A DNA stretch of 64,000 nt from Squalus acanthias (GCA_030390025.1 CM059431.1:103666001-103730000), one strand, 5' to 3'; numbered from the stretch's first letter, positions 1 through 13,828 are shown. The notes: generated by a model not told the origin, from the letters alone. Translations and numbers: made by a program.

Positions 1-1471
1 AGCAGGCGCGGTGAGCAAGTACGCTCGCGATGCTTACACCCGCAGGAAGCCGAAAAGCCAAATTTCTGGCCCATTACTTCAATGGATACACCAAGAAATT
101 ACATTGTTCTTGTATTGAACTTGGAATACCACGGAGTCACAACGACTGATAAAAACTAGTTAAAGTAGTATTAGAAATTCAATAGAAAGACTTCGATAAG
201 AATTGCATCAAACAGAAACCATTGCTGTCATTGTGTTTATGATGGTTTTGGAAACACCTAAACAGGACACAAGTCTAAAAGCTGACAGCTGAAATGACAG
301 TAAAGAATAGAACAAAGTCAGCAAAGAATGACTTGATACAATTAGCTTACACAAGCATGAAAACTTCAAAGGATAAGCCACCCAAAAGAGATATAAAAAT
401 ATACCTTTTCAAACAGAAAATCACATTTTTAAAATGACTTGAAATTACAATAAATTAACTATTTTAAACAAAACTTTAAATTTTTGAAAAAAGTAATTAA
501 AGTTTTTTACTGGGCTAAAAATAAACTTACCTTTTTTAAAGTTTTTTTAAATGATAAATCAGTGCGAATTTTTTTTTTTTTTACTTTTTTTCAACTCTTA
601 TCCTGGTAAAAGCAGGCCTTACCCCTGCTTTTACCAGGCGCAAGAATTGTCAGGGTTTTCTGCGGGCGGAGGGTCTCCAAAAAGCGGAACTATCCGCCCG
701 CAGAGGCCCTTCTCCCGGGCAGGCGGAGAATCTGCCAAGAGCTTTCTTGACAGGTCAGAAATGCCGGTTTCCAGCGCATGCGCAGTGCATGCCTAAAACC
801 GGCATTTCCGATGTCCCTACGGGTGGGTACACAGCGCGTACACACCCGTAGGGATCGGAATATCCGGCCCCGTGTCTCTCGGGGACGTCTCAAAGTGCCT
901 CATTTTCAATGGATTGCTGTGAAGTGCAGTGCCGTGTTATGTAGATAATGCACACGCACCAAGGCCCCGCACAAGGTGAATCACCAGTTGACCTGCAACA
1001 ATGTTCATTCACTCAGTAATATGCTCGCACATCACCTTAGATTATACACTCAAATCTGGAGCGGGGTGCGAACCTATCGGGAAAGAATATCAACCAAGCC
1101 AGGCTGACAATTAACGCGGCTGAATTGTCGTATCAATTATGGCGCTGATTCATTTATTGAAATATATTATAATAGACTGAACAGCAGACACTCCATTGAA
1201 CAGCAAACTCAACAAGGAAATGAAATGCCCCTTTTAATCTAATGCAACCAAAAAATTTCAATCATAGCTCTTTATTAATGCGTTGAAATTGATTAATAGT
1301 GGACAACTGCATGGAATGGTGGATTAACTTGATACAAAACGCTTTATTTAATCTCCTTAACTGTTTAACTCCAATAACTTTATGGTGAAAAGGATGACAA
1401 TACAGCCACGCAGTCATTTTGGAACCATCGCGATGCTGTACGTTGGATCTGTTCTATGAGCAATGAAAGAG

Positions 1472-2030
1472 GTCAACAACAACTTGTATTTATACTGGGC
1501 CTTTAACGTAGTAAAACGTCCCGCGGCATCTCACACGAGCATCATCGGACAAAATTTGACCACCGAGCCACATAAAGAGATATTAGGACAGGGCTTGGTC
1601 ACGGAGGTGGGTTTTAAGGAGCGACTTACAGGAGGAGAGAGAGAGGTTAGAGAGAGGCGGAGAGGGTTAGGGAGGGAATTCCAGAGCTTAGGGCCCAGGC
1701 AGCTGAAGGTACGGCCGCCAATGGTAGAGGGATGAAAATCGGGGGATGCGCAAGAGGCCAGAATTGGAGGAGCAACAACAACAACAACAGCTTGCATTTA
1801 TATAGCTCCTTTAACGTATTATAACGTCCCGCGGCATCTCACAGGAGCGTTACCGGAGAAAGTCTGACACCGAGCCACATAAGGAGATATTGGGACAGGT
1901 GACCCAAGGCTTGGTCAAAGAGGTAGGTTTTAAGGAGCGTCTTAAAGTTGGAGAGAGAGGTGGAGAGGCGGAGAGGTTTAGGGAGGGAATTCCAGAGCTT
2001 AGGGTCCAGGCAGCTGAAGGCACGGTCAGG
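1472..2030 (-). mobile_element. Two adjacent L2 3' fragments (1472-1772, 1773-2030)
   Basis: GGRTFSCLGPKLWNSLP; (CAA)n tails. Confidence 0.85.
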
Positions 2031-2295
2031 CAGATGAGCTTAAGTGTGAGTGAGCAGCTTGGAAGTAGCGAACACAATGTGATAAAGTTTAAGATCCAAC
2101 TATAAAGCGAAAAAGTCAGTGCAAAAACTAGAGCAGCAGGTTGGATGAGGCCAGGCTTTAGAAAGGTGAGGTATGAACTAGCTGAGAGAAGGTGGGAGGA
2201 TAAATTGGCAAACAGGAAAAGTGAGATTTCAAAAAAAACTTAAAAGGAACACTAAATATTTTACAAGTATATCAGTCTGGGAACTAACAGCCAAC

Positions 2296-2710
2296 ATATA
2301 GAGACTGGAGAAGTTGGGATCGTTCTCCTTCGAGCAGCGAAGGTTAAGGGAAGATTTAATAGAGGCGTTCATAATCATGATGGGTTTTGATAGAGTAAAT
2401 AAGGAGAAACTGTTTCTACTTGCAGGAAGGTCAGTAACCAGAGGACACAGATTTAAGATAATTGGCAAAAGAACCAAAGGGGAGATGAAAACTTTAAAAA
2501 AAAACGAGTTATGATCTGGAACGCGCTGCCTGAAAGGGCGGTGGAAGCAGATTCAATAATAACTTTCAAAAGGGAATTGGATAAATGCTTGCAAGGAAAA
2601 GATTTGCAGGGCTACGGGGGAAAGAGCAGGGGGAGTGGGACTAATTGGAGAGCTCTTTCAAAGAGCTGGCACAGGCACGATGGGCCAAATGGCCTTCTCT
2701 TTGCTGCATG
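2296..2710 (+). mobile_element. CR1 3' fragment (inside an older CR1 endonuclease remnant from ~2030)
   Basis: EQRRLREDLIE, TRGHRFKI, WNALPE; upstream EQLGSSEHNVIKF resembles the end of the CR1 endonuclease. Confidence 0.85.
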
Positions 2711-2853
2711 ATGACTTATATAGGTAGCACTATCAACTATGTCGTAATTATATAAATGAGTATCTAAAGAGATTGCAAGATGCGTTCGCCTGAATAACTG
2801 TACATAAGCTCAATATTGACCTAAATTTGAGGATACAGTATTTCAAACATAGT

Positions 2854-3558
2854 GGGGGAGAATTTTAACCTAACAAAGGGTGGGTTGGAGTGTGGGGAAA
2901 GTTAAAGTATTAAAAATCTGTATCCCAACCCAACCCCAACCTGCCTCCAACTCATCCACTTCCGGGTTTAACAGAGATGGGACGGTGAGGGGGAGGGCAG
3001 CCAACCCGCTGCCAGGAGGCGGGTTGGCAATTTAAATATGATACCGAGGCCCGGAAGCCTTGGATTGAAGCTGCTGTGCAGGTTTAACCGTGGCAGGCCA
3101 GGGTTTCCTGGGCCTCGGGATTCCCGGCAGCTGCAGCGAGGCGAGGACAGCCTCGGGGATCATTCCTTGTGAGCCGGGAGGAGTGGGAGTGCTTCCTCCC
3201 GGCCCGCCGCCCAAGCTCACCCACCATACAAACAGCAGCACCCTACCCCCCCCCACCCCCGGGTCGGGGATCGGAAGCCCCCTGGGATCGGAACTCCCTC
3301 CCCCTGGTGTCGGGGATTGGACCCCAATGCCCCGGGAACAGAACCCCTACCCCTCCCGGGCCTGGGGCTTGCGGTTGCGGCCTCCTGTCCAGTGCTCCCC
3401 GCCCGACTGCAAGCCCAGCCTGTCAATCAGGCTGGCATCCGGGCGGGGAACCTGTCCGGAGTGTCACACGCACGCTCCCGGCCTTCCGGGTTTCCCACGG
3501 TCTACCGGGCACCCCCTGCTCTGGGGGGGGTGGGGGTTGGGGACTTAAAATTCCAGCC
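2854..3558. mobile_element. GC-rich MITE-like element
   Basis: Imperfect ends GGGGGAGAATTTTAA / TTAAAATTCCAGCC resemble the other Harbinger-type TIRs. Confidence 0.55.
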
Positions 3559-3859
3559 ATCAGAACAGGCTAGAAACAAACAAAGTTGAAAGGAAAAAGA
3601 TTGACAACTACCATTCCATGAAAGTAGGTCAGTTGGCAAGGTGTTTGAAATTTTATCCCAATATCCTGTTTGAAAAATATCTCCTCAAGAGCACAGTTCG
3701 TCTGTGCAGAAGATAGTCCTCAAGCAGCAACTGAGGATCGATGGTGAGATTGCCCAAATGAGACCTCTTACATATTACAAGGAAAGCATCGAGCAGACCA
3801 TAGGCTGGAAGGCTGCATGGAACCTGGGAAATGCTGAATACAGCTGTCACCCCTTTAGC

Positions 3860-4310
3860 ACAACAACAACAGCAACTTGTATTTATATAGCGCCTTTAAC
3901 AGAGTAAAACGTCCCGCGGCGCTTCACAGGAGCGTCATCGGATAAAATTTGACCCCGAGCCACATAAGGAGATATTAGGACAGGTGACCAAAAGCTTGGT
4001 CAAAGAGGTAGGTTTTAAGGAGCCTCTTAAAGGAGGAGAGAGAGGTAGCGAGGTGGAGAGGTTTAGGGAGGGAATTTCAGAGCTTAGGGCCCAGGCAGCT
4101 AAAGTCACGGCCGCCAATGGTGGAGCGATTATAATCAGGGATGCTTAAGAGGCCAGAATTAGAGGAGCGCAGATATCTCGAAGGGTTGTAGGGCTGGAGG
4201 AGGTTACAGAGATAGGGAGGGGCGAGGCCATTGAGGGATTTGAAAACAAGGATGAGAATTTTAAAATTGAGACGTTGCCGGACCGGGAGCCAATGTAGGT
4301 CAGCGAGCAC
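3860..4310 (-). mobile_element. L2 3' fragment
   Basis: LADLHWLPVRQRLNFKILILVFKSL.GLAPPYL. Confidence 0.9.
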
Positions 4311-4744
4311 AGATGAACATCGTACTCTTTGGTGCGATCTGGTAAAGCTTTACTTTTCCTCCCTTTTTCCTTCCTCTTCCTGAGCAACAAATTTAAGGGT
4401 TGAAAACCCTCTGTGCATTAGAGCTAAGCACAATAGTCATCTGTTTAGGCCAGTTTTCAGACGTGAAGAGCAATCCCTGCACCCAAAGACACAGGCCCGA
4501 GGATCATGAGAAATTGGTCCTTGGGCCTCATCTGAATAATCGTGGCCAGGTGCTGGTGGCTGTCCTGGCCGAACAAGCGAATTCCGGCCAACCTGCCTCG
4601 TTGACAGCGGCAGGGGAAGGGAGGGGCAGTGAGGACAGCGGGGGGAGGCCCAACTGCATCCATCAGCAGTCAACGGGGGTGGGGGGGAGAGATCGCGGGT
4701 CGGGGGGGGGGAGATCAAGGGTCAGGGCGGAGAGATCGCAGGTC

Positions 4745-5090
4745 GTGGGGAGATTGTGGATCAGAGGGAGAGATCGCGGGTTAGGGGGAGATTGTGGGTC
4801 AGGGGGGAGATTGTGGGTCAGAGGGAGAGATCGCGGGTTGGGGGGAGATTGTGGGTCAGGTGGGAGATTGTGGGTCAGGGGGGAGATTGTGGGTCAGGGG
4901 GGAGATTGTGGGTCAGAGGGAGAGATCGCGGGTTAGGGGGGAGATTGTGGGTCAGGTGGGAGATTGTGGGTCAGGGGGGAGATTGTGGGTCAGGGGGGAG
5001 ATTGTGGGTCAGGGGGGAGATTGTGGGTCAGGGGGGAGATTGTGGGTCAGGGGGGAGATTGTGGGTCGGGGGGAGATTGTGGGTCGGGGC
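4745..5090 (+). repeat. G-rich 19-bp minisatellite (GGGGGAGATTGTGGGTCAG)n inside a MITE-like element (~4505-5497)
   Basis: About 18 tandem units with variants (GATCGCGGGTT), visible directly. Confidence 0.9.
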
Positions 5091-6171
5091 GAGACCCCGG
5101 TCGGGTGAGGCTTCGAATCATTGTGGGGGTGGGGGTAGGAGGGTGGCCTATCGTGGGGATGGAAGCAGGTTAGCTTCAGGGGCCAGGGGGAAACACTCCT
5201 GCTCCTCCTGGCCCACAAGCAGTGCTGGAAAGGCCCTTAGCTGCTGGATCCAATCCTTCTCGCCTCCCTTCAGCTGCCGCGTTTCCCGAGCCCTGGGTAA
5301 CCCACCTGTTAAAATTTGAGGCACACAGCCTCATTAACATATTTAAATAACTGACCCACCTCTGGAGAGCAGGTTATTCACCTGCCCACCAACCAGATTT
5401 TTAAAATTTGAACCTACTCCCCCCACCTCCCCCCCCGCCCACCCCCTCGCGCTCACGACCCTCTCTCGCCCGTCGTGGGGGATTACAATTCCCCCCCACG
5501 AGGTCTCTGCAGAACCACCACTCTCAACTGCAAAATGGCATCAGCAACACACAGAAATACAATTACCTTTTTATTTCCCATTTACCTCTGCTTCACGCTT
5601 GCAGTGTGCTGCTGATCTTCCTCCAGACTTGCTAATCCTTGCCTAGGGAGGCTCATCCACTGCAAGGCTTCTGATTCACCAGCAAGTTTTGCTGATCCTC
5701 CACCCCTCCCCCTCCCCGGGCTACCACGGATTTGATTGTAAAGTCACCTCACCCATCTCCGCTATCAATGTTTCAGTCTCAAGCCGTTACATAAATTCTC
5801 ACTCTTTGAAGCCAGATGTAATTGATCGACAGTTCATCGCTTCAGATATAACCCCACCAGTCTTTTCAGCTGTTCGGGCAGAATCACATCATGCACTTCA
5901 AAAGCACTTGGGTAAAAATGGATAAAAATTTCAACAGAAGGTTCTGATTTTTTTTTTAACCCTCGTGCGAATGAAATTCCACATCGGTCTGGGTATCTCA
6001 TGGATCCAACTAAGCATGGATCAGCTTCATGCTCACCTCTTGTACAGTTGGATTCACTTACTCAATAAATGTACCACACCAGCACCCAGGGAGCGTGCTT
6101 GTTTTTTTCTTTATGCTTGTGGTTTTTTTCAATAATCTTTCAAAGGAACACTACCAGAATAGGTCATTCAA

Positions 6172-6640
6172 GCATCAGCTGTGGCTCAGTGGGTAGCACT
6201 CTCTCACCTCTAGGAGTCAGAAGGTTGTGGGTTCAAGCCCCACTCCAGGGACTTGAGCACATAAAGCTAGGCTGACACTCCCAGTGCGGAGCTGAGGGAG
6301 TGCTGCACTGTCAGAGGTGCCGTCTTTCAGATGAGACGTTAAACCGAGGCCCCGTCTGCTCTCTCAGGTGGATATAAAAGATCCCATGGCACTATTTCGA
6401 AGAAGAGCAGGGGAGTTCTCCCATGTGTCCTGACCAATATTTATCCCTCAATCAACAATACAAAAACAGATTATCTGGTCATTATCACATTGATGTTTGT
6501 GGGACCTTGCTGTATACAAATTGACTGCCACATTTCCTACATTACAACAGTGACTACACTCCAAAAGTACTTCATTGGCAGTAAAGCGCTTTGAGACGTC
6601 CAGTGGTCGTGAAAGGCGCTACATAAATTCAAGTCTTTCT
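6172..6640 (+). mobile_element. tRNA-derived Deu-domain SINE (SacSINE1-like)
   Basis: A box TGGCTCAGTGG, B box GGTTCAAGCCC, central GTGCCGTCTTTC.GATGAGACG...AAAGATCCCATGGCACT, L2-like 3' tail. Confidence 0.85.
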
Positions 6641-7668
6641 TAAATAATTAATCCAGTAAAATTTTATATTTATAAAGACACAGATCCGCGAATGAAAGTG
6701 TTTCCGTTGCTTGTGCGACGTCCATGGAGGCCAATTCATTTATTAACAAACTCCACGTCCTGATCCATCAAGGAGAGACAAACCTGTTGAGCCCTCTGCG
6801 CATTATCTTTTACACAGCCAAGGATCATTATAACCGCAGAATTCATCTCCTGATTAGATTAAGCGTCTGCTGGGTGTTTTACTTCAAAACTTCTCATCTA
6901 ACAGTTAGTTGTTGGAAAAGTATCGTCACGTACCGTTGGATCTATCATGCCCTCTGTGTAGTTGTTGCATCAGTCTTCTTGACTTCAAGTATCTAAACTG
7001 TGAAGAAAGGAGCAAGATTAAAAGATTTTTTTTTAAGAAAGGGCCATATGGACCAGATGATCTCTGCCTGATCGATAAATGTCTAGCATACTACCTGATA
7101 CCTTTAAGAGGAGGAAGAGCAAATGAGGGTTATGGTGCTAATGTTTGAGAAAAGTAGGCATCCGAGGATAGGTTATGCCTTTGCAAGTGATTTTTTCCCC
7201 CCACAGTTTTAGTAGGATGTGTGACTGCTATGAGGGGTGATTCTGCTCCCGATGGGGGTGGAAATCATGGTAAGTGCATCTCCGAAATTGCAGGCACCCA
7301 GCCCATAATTTTCCGACCATTAATTTTAATGGGATGGGAAATCACAGGCTGCATGCTCATCATTTTCCCAAGCTGCACTCCCTGCCGCGCTACTTTGCAC
7401 AGGGATTAATCCAGGTTAGATCTCAACACTCAATACCAAAGAACGACTTGTACAAGACCTTGGTCAGGCCTCACTTGGAATACTGTGTCCAGTTTGGGTC
7501 TGCTCACGTGGTGCGGGGATATTGAGGCTTTGGACAGGATGCAGAGGAAGATCCACTGGACTCATTCCCAGTCTGAAGCATCTTAGCTTTCAAGGTAAGC
7601 TTAAAGAGGTGGGACGCTGCAATTTAGAGAAGCGTAGACTTAGATCTGATCAAGGTTGATAAGATGAT

Positions 7669-8136
7669 GAAAGAAAGACTTGCATTTCTGTAGCGCCTTT
7701 CACGACCTCAGGATGTCCCAAAGTGCTTTCCAGCCAATGAAGTACTACTTGAGGTGTAGTCACTGTTGTAATGTGGGAAACGCGGCAGCCAATTTGCGCA
7801 CAGCAAGCTCCCACAAACAGCAATGTGATAATGATCAGATAATCTGTTTTTGTTATGTTGGTTGAGGGATAAATATTGGCCCAGGACACCGAGGATAACT
7901 CCCCTGCTCTTCTTTGAAATAGTGTCACGGGATCCTTTACGTCCACCGGAGACAGCAGACGGGGCCTCGGTTTAACATCTCATCCAAAAGACGGCACCTC
8001 CGACAGTGCAGCACTTGCTCAGTACTAGCACTGGAGTGTCAGCCTAGCTTTATGTGCTCCAGTCCCTGGAGTGGGACTTGAACCCACAATCCTTCGGACC
8101 CAGAGGTGAGAGTGCTGCCCACTGAGCCGCAGCTGA
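7669..8136 (-). mobile_element. SacSINE1-like SINE inserted in an old CR1 (7440-8300)
   Basis: Reverse complement of the 6172 copy; CR1-like sequence on both sides. Confidence 0.85.
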
Positions 8137-8304
8137 ACAGATTTTGTTCCGGTTGACAGTTTGTTCCAATTAAATAAATCAGGGGGGTGGATCAGGGGGG
8201 GTCACAGTTTTAAGTTGTATGAGGTCAGATCTTGGTTAGATGTCAGGAGGTGGTTCATTTCCCAGAGGATAGTGGACCTCCGGAACAGGCTGCCGGCTCG
8301 TTTC

Positions 8305-8770
8305 TTTTTTATTCGTTTATGGGATGTGGGTGTCGCTGGCAAGGCCAGCATTTATTGCCCATCCCTAATTGCCCCTTGAGAAGGTGGTGGTGAGCCGCCT
8401 TCTTGAACCGCTGCAGTCCATGTGGTGAAGGTGCTCCCACTGTGCTGTTAGGGAGGGAGTTCCAGGATTTTGACCCAGCGACAATGAAGAAATGGCGATA
8501 TATTTCTAAGTCAGGATGGTGTGTGACTTGGAGGGGAACTTGGAGCTGGTGGTGTTCCCATGTGCCTTCTGCCCTTGTCCTTCTAGGTGGAAGAGGTCGC
8601 GGGTTTGGGAGGTGCTGCCGAAGAAGCCTTGGCGAGTTGCTGCAGTGCATCTTGTAGATGGTACACACTGCACCCACGGTGCGCCGGTGGTGGAGGGAGT
8701 GAATGTTTAAGGTGGTGGATGGGTTGCCGATCAAGCGGGCTGCTTTGTCCTGGATGGTGCAGTTCTTTCA
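8305..8770 (-). mobile_element. LINE family B 3' fragment
   Basis: LNIHSLHHRRTV...; tail at 8305. Confidence 0.88.
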
Positions 8771-9355
8771 AGCGAGAGCTGGGCCTGCTCCTGGCTAGGG
8801 CGGAGATCACCTCTCGCAAGAGGTGGGTATGGCAAGGAATTCAGGGCCAGAGTGATCTCCTGGACTGGTTTTGATCACCATGGGCAAGGGGGTCGTAGAG
8901 GATTTTCTCAGATATTTTCTCCCCAAATTGGCCTAGGATTTTATCTGGATTTTCACCTCTCCCAGGAGATGACATGTTTTCTGGGTGAGGTGGGGAGCAT
9001 ATATATATATAGTGAAGTATCACAATTGCATGGGACAGGTTGGATGGACCAGAGGATCTTTTCCTGTACGCCATTGTCCGTATGTTTGTACTGAAAACAC
9101 TTCATAGTTATTCACCTAGATGGACAGTGCCGAAGCAATGTCAGGTGACTTGCTCTGAACCTATCAATTCTGAAATTATTGTCATGTGATCCTTACATGA
9201 CATATGCTACTGCGCCAGTAGGAAGCAATGTTGCACCACCTATACCTCATTCTCACTGGAATGTAGGTGGCCCCATTTCTTATCAGTTGGAGCTAAGATA
9301 AACTTACACGACTGTTAACATTTGCACTTTTTCCCAAGATGTTAGCAGCCATGAC

Positions 9356-10213
9356 GGGCTGGATTTTACCATCCCTGAGGAGGCGGGTTTGGAGGCGGGA
9401 CTGCTGGGAAGATTCCCAAAGAATGGGAGTGGGTCCCAAACCCGCTCCCAACCCGCCTCCAACCAATCTTCCCGGAAGTCGGGTCCCCGATTTACGCAGG
9501 GACCCGACTCCTAGCGGCGGGAAGAGGATTATAGCCACTTAAATGCCTGTTAACAGGTAGTTAACAGGCAGTTAAGAGGCTTTTTCCCATTTTGCGACTT
9601 CTGCTGCGTGCTTCCCGACGTCGGAGAACCTTGCCAGGGTAAGTGAGGTGTGCTGTGGGTCTACTGTTATGTTGGTGTTTGGATGACAGCTGCAGGAGTG
9701 GTGTGAAGGATGCAATGGGACACTGGTAAGTATCAGAGGTAAGGAAATGTTGTGAAAGTAATTTTTAATGTGGTTAGATGTTTATGCAGGTGACAAGCTG
9801 TGAAGTGTTTGTGTAGCCTCATCTCATCGGGAGAAGTGACTGATGGCTTCTGCAATCTCAGCTGCAGCTGCCATCTGTTTTATCCTAAGGAGAGAGTAAT
9901 TAGAGAGCCTGGGTGAAAGGGCTCACCTTTGGACAGTGATTGTCAGTGTTTGACAGCACCTCAATGCTGTCAAACACTGTCAAATCATCTGTCAAACTAG
10001 TGTGGTGCATATGCCTTTAAGAAAACCGGCAGATGAAACGTCATCATCTGACACCGGCTTTCCCTTAATTGGCCGGCAAGCCCGCAGGGTGGGCTTAACA
10101 AGGCCAATCAGAGCAAAATACCGTCTGTTCGTCAGACGTTGCTGGGGGCGGGACTAGAACCCGGAAAGCAGCAGTCCCACCCCCAACGCGTCTTGGTGAG
10201 TAAAATCCAGCCC
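9356..10213. mobile_element. Harbinger-type MITE (different family)
   Basis: Perfect 14-bp TIR GGGCTGGATTTTAC / GTAAAATCCAGCCC; 3-bp TSD GAC. Confidence 0.85.
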
Positions 10214-10559
10214 GACATCGCCAAATTAGGTTATAAATCTTTACACAAATTCTTTGATGAAATCTGCCATTCTTCTTAAAATTGCCTTAAACTTTACAAC
10301 AAATCCTGTCTAGCTTTGGCTTCTAGAATCCGAAAGACCTGATCTGAACCATGTGTTAGCCTGAATCACGCAGAATAAATTCATAGTACACAGATATTAG
10401 TGCTGACTTCTGTATTGTTAAGCCAGTTTTCATGATTTCTCACCAGATGTCCTCTGCTGAATCACGGCCAAAGCACGCTCGCGGTTTCTACACTTCCTCC
10501 TTTACTGTAGCTCTCTATTTTAACTATCCCATGATACCCTTTAGCTATGCCAAGCTGTT

Positions 10560-11120
10560 AACCCCAAAGCCTTTCCACCACCTACAAGGCACAAGTCAGG
10601 AGTGTGATGGAATACTCTCCACTTGCCTGGATGAATGCAGTTCCAACAACACTCAAAAAGCTCGACACCATCCAAGACAAAGCAACCCGCTTGATTGGCA
10701 CCCCATCCACCATCTTAAACATTCACTCCCTCCACCACCGGCGTACCGTGGCTGCAGTGTGTACCATCTACAAGATGCACTGCAGCAACTCGCCAAGGCT
10801 TCTTCGGCAGCACCTCCCAAACCCGCGACCTCTTCCACCTAGAAGTACAAGGGCAGCAGGCGCATGGGAACACCACCAGCTCCAAGTTCCCCTCCAAGTC
10901 ACACACCATCCTGACTTGGAAATATATCGGCGTTCCTTCATCGTCGCTGGGTCAAAATCCTGGAACTCCCTCCCCAACAGCACTGTGGGAGTACCTTCAC
11001 CACACAGACTGCAGCGGTTCAAGAAAGCGGTTCACCACCACCTTCTCGAGGGCAACTAGGGATGGGCAATAAATGCTGGCCTTGCCAGCGACACCCGCAA
11101 CTCGTGAATGAATAAATAAC
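10560..11120 (+). mobile_element. LINE family B 3' fragment
   Basis: MEYSPLAW...KLDTIQDKA peptide and family tail. Confidence 0.88.
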
Positions 11121-11690
11121 AAAGTAAAACTATTCCACTATCCTACAACCTCCCACTCCCATTTTCAGTCGCCCGCCTGTCCTCATGCCTGGGCTCTTCC
11201 TCACCTGCCTGTCTGCCTGTCTGCCTGTCCTCCACTCTTCTTGGGCTCCACTATCAGGCCAATACCTGCTGCTTCCTACTTGCCAGCCTCAGACTTCCTT
11301 TCTTCCTCCAGGGCTCCTTCAAACCCTCAGACTACATTTCTTATGATTACCAGCTTCCATGGTTTGGGCCTTCCCGCTGGTGTAAGCTCTCTTCCCCCAC
11401 CTGTCCTACTCTACTACTTATGCTCCCATGGTAGGCCTCTTTGATCACCGCCATTCCAAATGATGTAGGTGAAAGGGAAATACAGATAGGAACAGACCGG
11501 AAGCATGTCATTTCAAGCATAGCAATGAGCAAAGAGCCTGGATCATGCTTTTCTGGCTTCTTCACTTTCAAATAAGAACATAAGAAATAGGAGCGGGAGT
11601 CGGCCATTCGGCCCCTCAAGCCTGCTCCGCCATTCAATAAGATCATGGCTGATCTTCTACATCATCTCCACTTTCCCGCCCGATCTCCAT

Positions 11691-12580
11691 GGGGGAGAAA
11701 TTCAGTATCGCCCCATTTGGGGCGCGATTATCGGCCGGGCGCAAAGATTAGCGCCTGGCCCTAATTATCGCCACCGACTGCAAACTTGACTTTTATTGCC
11801 CCTGGAGGTGATTGGAGCGCTAAATCAAGCGCTTCACACCTGTCTTAAGGCGCAAAGGCCGAGGAGCGAGGCACTACCTCAGAGCGCTGGCAAAGCTCAT
11901 GTGATGTCAGTCAGCAATGGAACACAGACACAATGGCACCGGCCAGTTCTTAAAGGGGATGGTTGATCTTGCTTTCCATCCACATCCTGCTCATTGTAGC
12001 CTTGAATCTCGGCCTGGAGAGACCTGCACATCAAATCTGCTGGAAAGAACAATGGAGAGTACCAGGGAAAGAGCTTAGAGTGCAGCCCCCAGAGTCTCTT
12101 CTAAATCGATACAAGGAATGGCAAATCAAAATGAACCTGCAAAGTGCTGCTCAGTACCCAAAACTCCTTCACACAGCGTTGAATCTCTCCAGAAGTCTCT
12201 CTCTCTCTCTCTCAGAATGCGTGGTTCAAAATGGCACCAACAATAAATGGCAGGAAGCGGTTGCCTTTAAAGAGCGCTCCCCAGACCCTTCATGACTGCA
12301 AAACGCTCCCCTCAACCTGTCGTTGCTAGCGTCAGGCGGTAAGGCAGGGGGCGCCACTCAATATCTGCTCCGGGACGATACCGGGGCATTGCGCACTCGA
12401 CTGACGTCACGATCTGCCGGCACAGGAGATCGTGGCGGTAGTGTTTAGCGCCGCCGCAAAATGTCTAGTTAATTTCGCGAGCGGCGCAAACATCGCCGCG
12501 CCCGGGCGCTAGTTGCTTTGCGCCCCATTAGCGCCCTCTTAAGGCGCTAATGGGAGGCGCAACCAACTGAATTTTTCCCC
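11691..12580. mobile_element. Non-autonomous Harbinger MITE (same family), inserted in a CR1 3' fragment
   Basis: Ends GGGGGAGAAATT / AATTTTTCCCC; colinear with 14646-15539; CR1 sequence resumes on both sides; TSD ambiguous (CAT?). Confidence 0.9.
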
Positions 12581-13181
12581 ATCTCTTGATTCCCTTAGTG
12601 CCCAGAAATCTATTGATCTCAGTCTTGAATATGCTCATCGACCGAGCATCCACAGCCCTCTGCGGTAAAGGTTCACAACCCTCCAAGTGAAGACATTTCT
12701 TCTCATCTCAGCCCTAAATGCCCGACCCCTTATTCTAAGACTGTGACCCCCCTAGTTCTAGACTGTCCAGCCAGGGGAAACAGCCTGTCAGCATCTGCCT
12801 GTCCCCTGGGTCACACATAATGTTCATTGTGTCAAGTGTTGCTGGGGCAAAGGATGGAAATTACACCACAGGTCATACTTCCAGCATTTACATATTATTT
12901 GAATATATCGCGGATATCCCGGATGTAGCAGGGACAAGCGCAGAGCCAGCTGACTGGCTGGGAGGAAAAAATCTACCATATTCCAGTTGCGTTGCACCAG
13001 ATCCCCAACTTAACTCCAATGGAAAATCCAGGCAGTTGTTTTTAAACCCCATCTGCTGACCTCGCTTACCTGAAATTGAGAGTGGAAGAGATGTGGTGGG
13101 ATCTTTAAGCACAATTCAGAAACAACCAGAAATGTAGCAGAATATAGAAATTGTTTCCCCACACATTTGGTGCTGTGACTC

Positions 13182-13800
13182 AGACCCTCAACTGGACCAG
13201 CCACATAAATGCTGTGGCTACTAGAGCAGGTCAGAGGCTGGGTATTGTGTGGCGAGTGTCTCACCTCCTGACTTCCCAAAGCCTCTCCAATACCTACAAG
13301 GCACAAGTAAGGAGTGTGGTGGAATACTCTCCACTTGGCTGGATGAGTGCAGCTCCAACAACACTCAAGAAGCTCGACACCATCCAGGACAAAGCAGCCC
13401 GCTTGATTGGCATCTCATCCACTGGACTAAACTACACCACCGGCGTACCGTGGCTGCAGTGTTTACTATCTACAGGATGCACTGCAGAAACTCACCAAGG
13501 CTCCTTCGGCAGCACCTCCCAAACCCGCGACCTCTTCCACCTAGAAGGACAAGGGCAGCAGGCGCATGGGAATCTCTAAGTTTCCCTCCAAGTCACACAC
13601 CATCCTGACTTGGACATATATCGCCGTTCCTTCATCGTCACTGGATCAAAATCCTGGAACTCCCTAACGGCTCTGTGGGAGCACCTTCACCACATGGACT
13701 GCAGCGGTTTAAGAAGAAGGCCCACCACTACCTTCTCAAGGGCAATGCCAGCTGTGCTAGCGATGCCCACATCCCAAGAATTAATTAAAAAAAATAAATC
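13182..13800 (+). mobile_element. LINE family B 3' fragment
   Basis: LNWTSHIN...YKAQVRSVVEYSPL. Confidence 0.88.
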
Positions 13801-13828
13801 ATCTAGGCCACTGCCACTGATCATTGAG

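Noticed and set aside
4745..5090. Possible CRISPR-like array; long Gly/Arg-rich ORFs (4400-5319)
   Set aside because: Units are contiguous with no unique spacers, no cas genes, eukaryotic context; the ORFs are artefacts of a stop-free minisatellite.
6172..6250. tRNA genes at SINE heads
   Set aside because: A and B boxes are present but each continues into the SINE body; no complete cloverleaf.
5689..7148. Short ORFs in unique sequence (5689, 6724, 6909) as host exons
   Set aside because: No recognisable homology and no consistent chain of splice sites and phases.
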